64,000 nucleotides of DNA from Lachnospiraceae bacterium (GTDB taxonomy: Bacteria; Bacillota; Clostridia; Lachnospirales; Lachnospiraceae). Of this stretch, positions 28,129 through 37,156 are shown piece after piece. The stretch covers positions 33,199 to 97,198 of the forward strand of contig JAFSDJ010000082.1 of the NCBI GenBank assembly GCA_017436305.1, given 5' to 3'. A program made the position numbers and the translations under genes. The notes under the pieces are model-generated. The model was given only the letters and a program-made list of their open reading frames with translations, was not told the DNA's origin and ran no database searches. Every line of letters starts with the position of its first letter. Within the stretch, counting starts at the first letter, position 1.

Positions 28129-28342
28129 TTGTATAGGATTTAGGTGTAAGAAACATTTTTTTTAACATAAAAAAACCCTTATAAAAAGGGAGGATGCCAG
28201 GCAACTTTGTTGTCTGGCATTTATTATGAAAAAGTTATTTAAAAGTTATTTAGTAGATGTCTTATCTTATAATCCTAGTATATGAGAAAGATTTGGATAA
28301 AAAATGTTTTGGAATTTAAGAGTTTTTAAATTAAATATGAAC

Positions 28343-28385
28343 AAAAAATGAACGGGTACTATACTACATTCAACAGCACCCGTTC
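28343..28385 (-). terminator. Intrinsic terminator after the cyclophilin gene
   Basis: gaacgggt / acccgttc stem, with a T6 run on the minus strand (A run at 28343-28348). Confidence 0.8.
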
Positions 28386-28410
28386 TAACGTATTTTTACT
28401 AAAACCCTGA

Positions 28411-28932
28411 TTAAATTTTATCCGGTTCCGGATAATCCACACCAAATGTATCAACTGTTACAGATTTCATCTTCTGTTCTTCTAAAGGTCTGTCAGAATA
28501 ATCTGTAGCAGTTTCGGCAATTTTATTTACCACATCCATACCCTCGGTTACTTTACCAAAAGCTGCATAAGAGCCATCTAAATGAGGGGATGTTTTATGC
28601 ATAATAAAGAACTGGCTTCCGGCTGAATTTGGATGCATACTTCTCGCCATGGAAAGAACTCCTTCTGTGTGTTTTAAGTTATTTTCATAGCCGTTAGAGG
28701 AAAATTCTCCACGAATGCTGTAGCCCGGGCCACCCATACCGGAGCCTTCAGGACAGCCACCCTGAATCATAAAGCCTTTAATAACACGATGGAAAATAAG
28801 ACCATCATAATAATTTTTCTGAATTAAGCTGATAAAATTGTTTACGGAAACAGGTGCAATTTCAGGATATAACTCAGCCTTAATTACATCGCCGTTTTCC
28901 ATAGTAATTGTAACTACTGGATTTTGAGCCAT
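28411..28932 (-). CDS. ppiB: Peptidyl-prolyl cis-trans isomerase, cyclophilin type
   Basis: FHRVIKGFMIQGG motif. The start at 28932 (MAQNPVV) is preceded by AAAGGAGAG, and the track start at 28998 lacks an RBS. Confidence 0.92.
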   Translation of the reverse strand: MAQNPVVTITMENGDVIKAELYPEIAPVSVNNFISLIQKNYYDGLIFHRVIKGFMIQGGCPEGSGMGGPGYSIRGEFSSNGYENNLKHTEGVLSMARSMHPNSAGSQFFIMHKTSPHLDGSYAAFGKVTEGMDVVNKIAETATDYSDRPLEEQKMKSVTVDTFGVDYPEPDKI

Positions 28933-29187
28933 TGTATTCTCTCCTTTTTCTGAAATATTTCTGTCTATTTGTAACAGTTTAGCCAGGGTCATTGGCAAAT
29001 CTTAAAAGCTATGACCAAACTGCCACATATATTTTAATAGAAAGAGAAAGAAAATGCAAGAAGGCTGAACTGTTGGTTCAAAAAAGGCAGTAGGGATGTT
29101 ATAATATGACAGAATCAGTTAAGGGAATTAACATGCAGAAACTAATTGTTATTGGTCAGGTCGTGAATAGTAACGGTTAAGGGACAA

Positions 29188-30021
29188 ATGAAACAGGTGG
29201 AAGTTATGGAGAAAATATTACTGGCAGCGGGTAATGAAGATGTGGAAAAGGAACAAGAGGCATTTCTTTTAAAATATGAGAAAATTGCAGAAAAGATAAA
29301 CAGTATAGAGGAGTTGACTGAGTACAAGGAAAAGGAAGTACTTTTAATTAGTGACAGAGAGGATTTTTATAAGGCAGCCGTTCAGTTGCAAATGGCATTT
29401 CTGCTATATATAAATGATTTGAATACGTCGGGATCTTTTCCTAAAGCACCCTATGCCATTACTTCATTAGAAGGTATCGGGCTAAATTACATGGAGCAGG
29501 TTTACAAAAGATTTCACCATATTCCCTGGAACATATTGGATACTGCACATTTAAAAGTGAGGGAAATGACTGTAGACGATTTGGATAGTCTTTATGAAGT
29601 ATATAATCATCCTTCCATTACCAGGTACATGGAGGGACTTTATGAGGACAGAGAAAAAGAGGCTGCATATACAAGGGATTATATTAAAAATGTATATGGC
29701 TTTTATGGCTATGGACTTTGGATTGTAGAGGAAAAAGATTCCGGCCAGATTATTGGCAGGGCGGGATTAAGTCATAGAGAAGGCTATGAAGAGCCGGAGT
29801 TAGGCTATGTAATAGGAAAAAAATATCAAAATAAAGGATATGCTACAGAAGTATGCAAGGCAATTTTAAAATACGGTACAAAGGAGTTTGGCTTTAAGCA
29901 TTTTAATGCTTTTGTACACAAAGATAATGGTGCTTCTATACGTATTTGCGAAAAATGCGGTATGAATTGGAAAGAACAGGTCAGGATAGAGGATGAATTG
30001 TTGGAACGGTACTATATATAG
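29188..30021 (+). CDS. GNAT-family N-acetyltransferase (RimJ/RimL-like C-terminal domain) with an unassigned N-terminal region of about 110 aa
   Basis: The C-terminal half has the GNAT signature (IGRAGL..., QNKGYATE). The N-terminal half has no motif I recognise. Confidence 0.8.
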   Translation: MKQVEVMEKILLAAGNEDVEKEQEAFLLKYEKIAEKINSIEELTEYKEKEVLLISDREDFYKAAVQLQMAFLLYINDLNTSGSFPKAPYAITSLEGIGLNYMEQVYKRFHHIPWNILDTAHLKVREMTVDDLDSLYEVYNHPSITRYMEGLYEDREKEAAYTRDYIKNVYGFYGYGLWIVEEKDSGQIIGRAGLSHREGYEEPELGYVIGKKYQNKGYATEVCKAILKYGTKEFGFKHFNAFVHKDNGASIRICEKCGMNWKEQVRIEDELLERYYI

Positions 30022-30072
30022 AACAACTGTAACACGGGTCACAATTTTTCGACTGGTCCATGTAGTTTTTCG

Positions 30073-30101
30073 TTGAAAACTCAATTATAAAATGCTATAA
30101 T
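30073..30101 (+). promoter_or_regulatory. Sigma-A promoter with an extended -10, upstream of the GGDEF gene
   Basis: TTGAAA (30073-30078), a 17-nt spacer ending in TGC, then TATAAT (30096-30101). Confidence 0.7.
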
Positions 30102-30131
30102 GTGCCTATATTGGGCGAAAAGGAGAAAACT

Positions 30132-31409
30132 ATGAAAAAAATACAGGGGAGTTTGTATTTTTCTCTCACGATGATGACATGGATACCGTTAATCATATTT
30201 GCTTTGACTATCACCATTTTTAGTTCGAAAGCATTAAAAAACGGCATGGAGGATGAAGTAGAAGAAGCCCTTAGAAATTTGGGATTTTCTATTATGAATA
30301 CTTTTGATAGAGTATATTCGGGGGACTATCATGTAAATGATGATGGATATTTAGAAAAAGGCGACTATATTATTTATGACGATTTTTCTGTTATTGATCA
30401 ATTAAAAGAAGAAACCGGAATGGATATTACCTTGTTTTACGGAAATACAAGAGTGCTTACTACCATACATGATATGGAAAATAAGCGTATTGGAGGTACT
30501 TATGCTGCTGATATAGTTACAGAACAGGTAATTAATGGTGGTAATGATTTCTTTTCCAAAGAACTATCTATTTATGGAAAATTGTACTATGGCTATTACA
30601 TGCCGCTTAGAAACAGTGATAATTCTGTGGCAGGAATGTTATTTGTTGGAAAAGAACAGGGTGAAGTTGCGGCTAAGGTAAACCGTGTGGTAAAACAGAT
30701 TCTTCTAATTGCCTTGGTTGCGTTAATATTGGCAGCCATGTTTAGTGTTTATTTTACTACCAGTATTGTAGAGTCCATTAAGAAAATGATGGAATTTTTA
30801 CGAAAAGTTTCTACCGGAGATTTAACTGCAAAGCAGGATGAAAAACTTCTTTTGCGTAATGATGAAATTGGTGAAATGGGAAGACTTACTTTAACTGTGC
30901 AAAGGTCTCTTAGAAGATTAATTGAAAGAGATGCCCTTACCAATTTATATAACAGGCGAAGCGGTGACAATAAATTAAGAGAGCTTCAAAAGGAAGCAAT
31001 AGAGTCAGACAGACCATTTTCCATTGCTTTAGGAGATATTGATTTCTTTAAAACCTTTAATGATAAATATGGCCACGAATGTGGTGATGTAGTGTTAAAA
31101 AATGTAGCAGAGTGTTTCTTCAGGCATTTTTCCAGTGGAAAAGGATATGCTATCCGCTGGGGCGGTGAGGAGTTTCTATTAGTATTTAAAGGACTTAATG
31201 AAAAAGAAGCCTGCGAAGAGGCAAAACGGGTATTAAAGCGTATTAGAGACTGTAAGATTTCTTACGGAGATTATCAGGTATCTGTTACCATGACTTTTGG
31301 TGTGGCCGAGTATGGAAAAGACGACACAATTGAAAAGCTTGTGAAGAGAGCCGATGACAGACTTTACATAGGAAAATCCAATGGACGAAATCAGGTAGTG
31401 ATGGAATAA
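30132..31409 (+). CDS. Diguanylate cyclase with an extracytoplasmic Cache-like sensor, HAMP and GGDEF domains
   Basis: GGEEF active site (RWGGEEF) and two TM helices flanking a sensor of about 170 aa. AAGGAG lies upstream of ATG 30132. Confidence 0.9.
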   Translation: MKKIQGSLYFSLTMMTWIPLIIFALTITIFSSKALKNGMEDEVEEALRNLGFSIMNTFDRVYSGDYHVNDDGYLEKGDYIIYDDFSVIDQLKEETGMDITLFYGNTRVLTTIHDMENKRIGGTYAADIVTEQVINGGNDFFSKELSIYGKLYYGYYMPLRNSDNSVAGMLFVGKEQGEVAAKVNRVVKQILLIALVALILAAMFSVYFTTSIVESIKKMMEFLRKVSTGDLTAKQDEKLLLRNDEIGEMGRLTLTVQRSLRRLIERDALTNLYNRRSGDNKLRELQKEAIESDRPFSIALGDIDFFKTFNDKYGHECGDVVLKNVAECFFRHFSSGKGYAIRWGGEEFLLVFKGLNEKEACEEAKRVLKRIRDCKISYGDYQVSVTMTFGVAEYGKDDTIEKLVKRADDRLYIGKSNGRNQVVME

Positions 31410-31410
31410 A

Positions 31411-31440
31411 GAGGTTGCAGTTAGCAACCTCTATTTATTT
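31411..31440 (+). terminator. Intrinsic terminator after the GGDEF gene
   Basis: gaggttgc / gcaacctc stem followed by a T-rich tract. Confidence 0.7.
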
Positions 31441-31571
31441 ATACTTAATTCTACTGCCTGTTGTAAAAATAAAGAATATATAAAAATAAAATAAAAAAAC
31501 CATTGATTTTAGCAAAAAAAGTGTTATCATAAATAGCGGTATAGATAGAAAATAGAAAAGAGGAAAATATT

Positions 31572-32873
31572 ATGGAATCATCTTACAGCTTTCTAATGGA
31601 TTTGGCATTAATTTTACTGAGCACCAAAGTGTTAGGTCTGATTACCAAGAAATTTCATATGCCCCAGGTTGTAGGAGCTTTGTGCGCCGGCTTGCTTTTA
31701 GGCCCTGCAGTTCTTGGCGTTATTGAAGAAACAACATTTATTAAAAGTACAGCAGAAATCGGTGTTATTGTACTGATGTTTGCAGCCGGAATGGAAACAG
31801 AAATCGACGATTTAAAGAAAAGTGGAAAAGCTTCCTTCGTTATTGCTTTATTAGGTGTTATTGTTCCATTGGCAGGAGGTTATCTGGTAGCCATGTTCTT
31901 TAATAAACCTGGTATGATTGAGCCGGAGGGAAACTGTAGCGCATTATTACAGAACATCTTTGTTGGCGTTATTTTAACAGCAACTTCGGTTAGTATTACA
32001 GTAGAAACATTAAAAGAAATGGGTAAATTGAAAACCCGTTCCGGTAATGCTATTTTAGGAGCAGCCATTATTGATGATATTTTAGGTATTATCGCTTTAA
32101 CTATTATTACAAGTATGGCAGATACCAATGTAAAAATTTCTGTTGTATTATTAAAGATTGTATTATTCTTTGTATTTACATTGATTGCCGGTTTTGCTTA
32201 CTATAAATTTTATATCTGGTGGAACAATCGTGACAAACATGGCATGCACAGACACGTTATTATTTCATTTGTGTTCTGTCTGTTAATGTCTTACATAGCA
32301 GAAGAATTTTTTGGAGTTGCAGATATTACAGGTGCTTTTTTTGCAGGATTAATTATTTCTGCAACCCAGAAGTCTAAATATCTGGCTGCTAAATTTGACG
32401 TATTATCTTACTTGTATTTATCACCGGTATTTTTTGCTAGTATTGGCTTAAAGGTAGTTCTTCCTGAAATGAATGGCACAATTGTTGCTTTTGCGGTAAT
32501 TCTTACTTTGGTAGCAGTTTTAACCAAGATTGTTGGTTGTGGTGTGGGTGCAAAAATGTGTGGTTATAAGAATTATCAGTGTGTCAGAATTGGTACCGGT
32601 ATGGTTTCCAGAGGTGAGGTTGCCCTGATTGTAGCAAGTAAGGGTGCTGCAGTTGGGCTGTTAGGCTCTGCCTTTTTGGGACCTATAGTTATTGTAGTAG
32701 TTATTACTACAATTATTACACCGATTTTACTAAAATTTGTCTTTAAATTTGGCGGTCCTGGTGTTCCGATTCCGGAAAGCGAAGGCTTTAATGTTCCTTA
32801 TGAACAGGTACAGCAATATAGAGATAAGATTCCGGAAGACCTGGTAAAAGAAGGAAATAAGACTAGGAAATAA
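31572..32873 (+). CDS. Cation:proton antiporter (CPA2, NapA/KefB-like membrane domain only)
   Basis: 433 aa, polytopic, with a typical Na+/H+ exchanger N-terminus (LGLITKKFHMPQVVGALCAGLLLGPAVLG). Confidence 0.88.
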   Translation: MESSYSFLMDLALILLSTKVLGLITKKFHMPQVVGALCAGLLLGPAVLGVIEETTFIKSTAEIGVIVLMFAAGMETEIDDLKKSGKASFVIALLGVIVPLAGGYLVAMFFNKPGMIEPEGNCSALLQNIFVGVILTATSVSITVETLKEMGKLKTRSGNAILGAAIIDDILGIIALTIITSMADTNVKISVVLLKIVLFFVFTLIAGFAYYKFYIWWNNRDKHGMHRHVIISFVFCLLMSYIAEEFFGVADITGAFFAGLIISATQKSKYLAAKFDVLSYLYLSPVFFASIGLKVVLPEMNGTIVAFAVILTLVAVLTKIVGCGVGAKMCGYKNYQCVRIGTGMVSRGEVALIVASKGAAVGLLGSAFLGPIVIVVVITTIITPILLKFVFKFGGPGVPIPESEGFNVPYEQVQQYRDKIPEDLVKEGNKTRK

Positions 32874-32880
32874 CAAATAA

Positions 32881-32935
32881 GTGTTACTTTCGTACAGTAG
32901 CCGGACACTTACTATCAGGCTACGTAACAGCATGA
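32881..32935 (-). repeat. Intergenic hairpin repeat element, copy C (inverted orientation)
   Basis: The reverse complement reads tcatgctgttacgtagcctgatagtaagtgtccggctactgtacgaaagtaacac. It aligns with copy A along its whole length and differs mostly by transitions. Confidence 0.85.
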
Positions 32936-32977
32936 ACAGTATTGACGTATTGGGCAGATTTAGTTTAAGATATTCTC

Positions 32978-34087
32978 ATGAAGAATAAAAAGAAAAATGC
33001 CCCAAACAATAACAAAATAGAGAACCAATCAAACATGAAAAGTAACAGGGCACTTGCAATTGCTTGCATTTGCTCTGTTACTTTTATGATTTTAGTGACC
33101 ATTGGAAGCATGATTTATTTTAAGTCCCAGCTTGCAAAAAGTGCAGATGCCATGAAAGGAATGGAAAAGGAAGAATATGAAAGGCATTATGTGCTTATTA
33201 CAGATGAGAAAAACTCTTCCTTTTGGGAGTCTGTTTATGAAGGTGCTAAAGAAGAAGGAAAGCTGAAAGGTGCTTATGTGGAAATGCTGGGAAGTAATTT
33301 AAGTAGCGATTATGAGCAGAAGCAGCTTATGCGAATTGCCATAGACGCAAAGGTGGACGGAATTATTTTAGCAGCCAATGAATCCGGCGCAGTTACCGCT
33401 CTTATTAATGAAGCAGTAAGAGAAGGAATTCCGGTTGTTACTGTGTTAAATGACAACACCAGCAATAGACAAAGCTTTGTAGGAATCGGAAGCTATAACC
33501 TGGGAAAAGATTATGGAAAACAGGTTTGCAGGATTGTGGAAGAAAAATCGGAGGGAAGCTATGAAGATGGAAACTGCCAAGTCTTAATTCTTATGGAAGG
33601 GGAATTTCATAATACTAATGAAATGCTTGTATTAGGAGGAATTCAGGAAACCATTGAGCAGGAGTACAAAGGGGATGTTTCCATAAAATGCGAAAGCGAA
33701 TATATCAGCCAGAAAGGAACCTTTGCTGCGGAAGAAGCTATCCGGGATCTTTTTATGAAGCCAGACCTTCCGGACATTATTATTTGTCTGAATGAGTTAA
33801 ATACTACCTGTGTATACCAAGGAATGGTAGATTATAACAGAGTAGGAGAAATTGACATTATTGGTTATTACAATTCAGACAGTATTTTAAAAGCAATTGA
33901 AAGAAAGGTCATTTATTCTACCTTAACAATTGACACAAAGCAGATGGGGCGTTACTGCGTGGATGCCCTGAATGAATATATTGATATGGGATATGTAAGC
34001 GACTATATTCCGGTAGATACTTACTTAATTAACAGTGAAAATGTAGCAGATTATTTAGGAGATATGGCGGAAAATGTGGAAGAATAA
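32978..34087 (+). CDS. Membrane-anchored periplasmic-binding-protein-fold (type I sugar-binding) sensor partner
   Basis: N-terminal TM helix with no lipobox, and a PBP type I fold pattern (VDGIILAA..., PVVTV...). Its 3' end overlaps the kinase gene by 14 nt. Confidence 0.8.
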   Translation: MKNKKKNAPNNNKIENQSNMKSNRALAIACICSVTFMILVTIGSMIYFKSQLAKSADAMKGMEKEEYERHYVLITDEKNSSFWESVYEGAKEEGKLKGAYVEMLGSNLSSDYEQKQLMRIAIDAKVDGIILAANESGAVTALINEAVREGIPVVTVLNDNTSNRQSFVGIGSYNLGKDYGKQVCRIVEEKSEGSYEDGNCQVLILMEGEFHNTNEMLVLGGIQETIEQEYKGDVSIKCESEYISQKGTFAAEEAIRDLFMKPDLPDIIICLNELNTTCVYQGMVDYNRVGEIDIIGYYNSDSILKAIERKVIYSTLTIDTKQMGRYCVDALNEYIDMGYVSDYIPVDTYLINSENVADYLGDMAENVEE

Positions 34088-35561
34088 ATTTCGGAAGATG
34101 ACCTTGCAGGCAAAGCTGGTTATGGTATTTATTGTGACTTCTGCTATTTTGTTCATTGTAAATATGTTTATGTTTTACAATGTCAATACAATTGTCAGCA
34201 AACTGGACCAGATTTACTCAAGCAACCTGGATTTAAACCAGTTAGAAGAAACTCTAAAAGGTGTCCAGGACAATATGACAGACTACTTAAATACCAAGTC
34301 TACAGATGCCATAAAAGAATATTATGGTAATGAGAAAGAACTGCAGACTATGATTCAGGAGTTAAATTCCAAAGCCACCAATAATGAAGTGGCGCTTATG
34401 GAGAAAAATATTAAAAACCTCACAGAAAGTTACCTAAAGCTAACCAGTCAGACCATTGAAGCCAAAAGAGGGCGCAACGTGGAAAAATACAAAATGTACT
34501 ATGATGAGGCAACGGAGTTATATACATATATTTGTGAGTATGTATATAGCCTTAACAGAGAACAGTTTAAAAACAACTCTGAAAATTATGCCATGCTTTC
34601 TTTTTCCTTAAATTATCTGGAAATGATTAGTACCTTTATTTTGTTTATGGTAGCCATTGCTAACGTTATTCTTGTTATTATGGTAACAAAAAGTATTACA
34701 AATCCTCTAAAAAAGTTAGCAGCAGTTGCCAATCAGGTGGAAAATGGAAACTTTGATGTGGAGCTTTTACAGGTTGACACCATGGATGAGGTGGGCATAG
34801 TAAGTAATGCTTTCAATAAAATGATTGCCAGTATCCGCAGCTATATTAATCGTATTAAAGAAAATATGAAACGGGAACGTGCCATGAAAGAAAAAGAACT
34901 TTTGATGGAAACCCACTTAAAGGATGCCAAACTGAAATATTTGCAGGCTCAGATTAATCCTCATTTTCTTTTTAATACGTTAAATGCAGGAGCCCAGCTT
35001 GCCATGATGGAAGGAGCAGACCGTACTTACGAGTATGTGCAGAATGTGGCAGAACTGTTCCGTTATAATGTAAAAAAGAACAATGACACGGTAACCTTGG
35101 AAGAAGAAATTAAATTAGTAGATATCTATATTTACATATTAAATGTACGTTTTTCGGGAGAAATTCATTTTGAAAAGAGACTGGATCAATCTCTGCTACA
35201 TGCTATGGTGCCCAGTATGGTTTTGCAGCCAATTGTGGAAAACTGTGTGAATTACGGTATTCGAAACATTAGCTGGCAGGGGCTGATTACTCTTTCTGTA
35301 TACGAATTGGATGAACGAATCTGCATAAGTATAAAGGATAATGGAATCGGAATGACGCAGGAGCGCATTGAAAAGGTTATGAAGGGACAGTTAAAACAGG
35401 AAGATTTGTCCCAGGATTCCAATGGAATTGGTCTTGACAACGTGATTGCAAGGCTACGTTTATTCTGCGGAAGAGAAGACGTATTGGAAATGATAAGCGA
35501 AGGAGAAAATAAAGGAACGGAAGTAATTCTTTATTTACCTGCTGTGGAAAAGGAGTTTTGA
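34074..35561 (+). CDS. YesM/LytS-type sensor histidine kinase (HAMP, His_kinase, HATPase_c)
   Basis: INPHFLFNTLN motif of the PF06580-type kinases, two TM helices and a HAMP domain. Confidence 0.9.
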   Translation: MWKNKFRKMTLQAKLVMVFIVTSAILFIVNMFMFYNVNTIVSKLDQIYSSNLDLNQLEETLKGVQDNMTDYLNTKSTDAIKEYYGNEKELQTMIQELNSKATNNEVALMEKNIKNLTESYLKLTSQTIEAKRGRNVEKYKMYYDEATELYTYICEYVYSLNREQFKNNSENYAMLSFSLNYLEMISTFILFMVAIANVILVIMVTKSITNPLKKLAAVANQVENGNFDVELLQVDTMDEVGIVSNAFNKMIASIRSYINRIKENMKRERAMKEKELLMETHLKDAKLKYLQAQINPHFLFNTLNAGAQLAMMEGADRTYEYVQNVAELFRYNVKKNNDTVTLEEEIKLVDIYIYILNVRFSGEIHFEKRLDQSLLHAMVPSMVLQPIVENCVNYGIRNISWQGLITLSVYELDERICISIKDNGIGMTQERIEKVMKGQLKQEDLSQDSNGIGLDNVIARLRLFCGREDVLEMISEGENKGTEVILYLPAVEKEF

Positions 35562-35562
35562 C

Positions 35563-37155
35563 ATGTATAAAGTAATGTTGGCAGATGATGAGGGGATTGT
35601 AATTGATTCCTTAAAGTTTATATTGGAAAAGGAATTTTCGGGAAAGTGTCAGATTGAATCTGCAAAAACAGGCAGAAGTGTCATAGAATTAGCAGAGCAT
35701 TTTCGTCCGGATATTGCCATTATGGATATTCAGATGCCGGGAATTAACGGAATCGAGGCAATGCGGGAAATCAAAAAAACAAATGAAAAAACAGTATTTG
35801 TTGTAATGTCAGCCTATGATAAGTTTGACTATGCAAAAGAAGCCATTAATTTAGGTGTTTTGGAATATTTAAACAAGCCTGTGGATAAGAAGAAAATTGT
35901 GGATGTTGTGCAAAAGGCCATGGATATCATTGACAGGGAACGGGATAAGAGAAGTGAAGAGTTAATTGTAAAAGAAAAAATGGAAACCGTTGTTCCTATT
36001 ATTGAAAACGGGCTTATTTATGATATTCTGTTCCAGAAAAATTTTGAAGAAGACATTAATAATTACAAAAATCTTTTAGGAATTAAAGAAAATTATGGCT
36101 ACATGGCAGTGCTTGTATGTGGCGATGACCAGGACGGCAACCATATGACCAATGCTGTTGGAGCCGGTGTAAAAGTACAGAATAAATATTACAGTATAAG
36201 AGAAATTGTAAAGGGCTATATTCCATGTATTATGGGTGCCGTTATGGCAAATAAGATTACCATTTTTGTGCCGAGGGAATCAGCAGGCATGGATTATAAT
36301 GAAAGAATAGAAATTATTGAAGCTACCAGGCAACTTGTAAGGAAACTAAAACAACAGACAGATGTTTCCTTCCGTATAGGAATAGGTTCCGTCCGCAGTT
36401 TAAACGAAGCCATACTGTCCTATAATGAAGCATTAAATTCCTTAATAGATACAACCGGCAGTGTGGCCCATGTGGATGATTTGCCCATTGGCTGCGACTA
36501 CGAAGAAAACTATCCGGTGCAAACAGAAAGGAAACTTTTTGACAGTGTTCAAAAAGGTGATGTAAACGGAGCGATTAATGCTGCCAACCGGTTTTATGAC
36601 TGGATGGTGGAAAATTACAGCGATTATATGATGGACATTAAATTAAAGGTTCTGGAATTTGTTTTGTGGGCAGAGCACATCGCTTATGAATCAGGGGGAA
36701 TGGTATACCGGTTTCGGGTAAGAAAAGATTATATGCCAACATTGTTAGAATTAAATGACCTTGAAGGAATCAGAAGCTGGTTTATTGACAAAATAACAGA
36801 ATCTGCCAGAAATGTAGTGGTTAAAAAAGACGAACAGTCTACCGGTGCAGTTTCCAAAGCGAAATCCTACATAGATTCTCATTACAATAAAGATATTTCT
36901 TTATATGATGTTTCCAGAGAGGTAGATATAAGCCCTTATTACTTTAGTAAAATTTTCAAAGAGGAGACAGGGGAGAATTTTATAGAATATTTAACAAATG
37001 TGCGCATCGAACAGGCAAAAAATTTATTAACAGGATCGGATTTAAGTATGAAAGAGATCTGTGCTCAGATAGGTTATGGAGATCCCAATTATTTCAGCCG
37101 TGCTTTTAAGAAGAAAACAGGATTAACTCCAACAGAATTTAAGGGGGATAATTAG
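35563..37155 (+). CDS. YesN-type response regulator (REC plus AraC-family HTH)
   Basis: REC domain (IAIMDIQMPGING) and a C-terminal AraC HTH (ISPYYFSKIFKEETG..., GYGDPNYFSRAFKK). Confidence 0.92.
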   Translation: MYKVMLADDEGIVIDSLKFILEKEFSGKCQIESAKTGRSVIELAEHFRPDIAIMDIQMPGINGIEAMREIKKTNEKTVFVVMSAYDKFDYAKEAINLGVLEYLNKPVDKKKIVDVVQKAMDIIDRERDKRSEELIVKEKMETVVPIIENGLIYDILFQKNFEEDINNYKNLLGIKENYGYMAVLVCGDDQDGNHMTNAVGAGVKVQNKYYSIREIVKGYIPCIMGAVMANKITIFVPRESAGMDYNERIEIIEATRQLVRKLKQQTDVSFRIGIGSVRSLNEAILSYNEALNSLIDTTGSVAHVDDLPIGCDYEENYPVQTERKLFDSVQKGDVNGAINAANRFYDWMVENYSDYMMDIKLKVLEFVLWAEHIAYESGGMVYRFRVRKDYMPTLLELNDLEGIRSWFIDKITESARNVVVKKDEQSTGAVSKAKSYIDSHYNKDISLYDVSREVDISPYYFSKIFKEETGENFIEYLTNVRIEQAKNLLTGSDLSMKEICAQIGYGDPNYFSRAFKKKTGLTPTEFKGDN

Positions 37156-37156
37156 A

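Noticed and set aside
28226-28285. A 19-codon ORF (MKKLFKSYLVDVLSYNPSI) in the fba-ppiB gap.
   Set aside because: It has no RBS and starts right after a hairpin. It is too short to support without conservation data.
29133-29180. A 15-codon upstream ORF (MQKLIVIGQVVNSNG) before the GNAT gene. The motif gttaaggga precedes both this ORF and the main ORF.
   Set aside because: It could be a leader peptide, but the evidence is only a weak AAGGGA RBS and a short ORF. There is no obvious attenuator structure, so I treat it as chance until conservation is shown.
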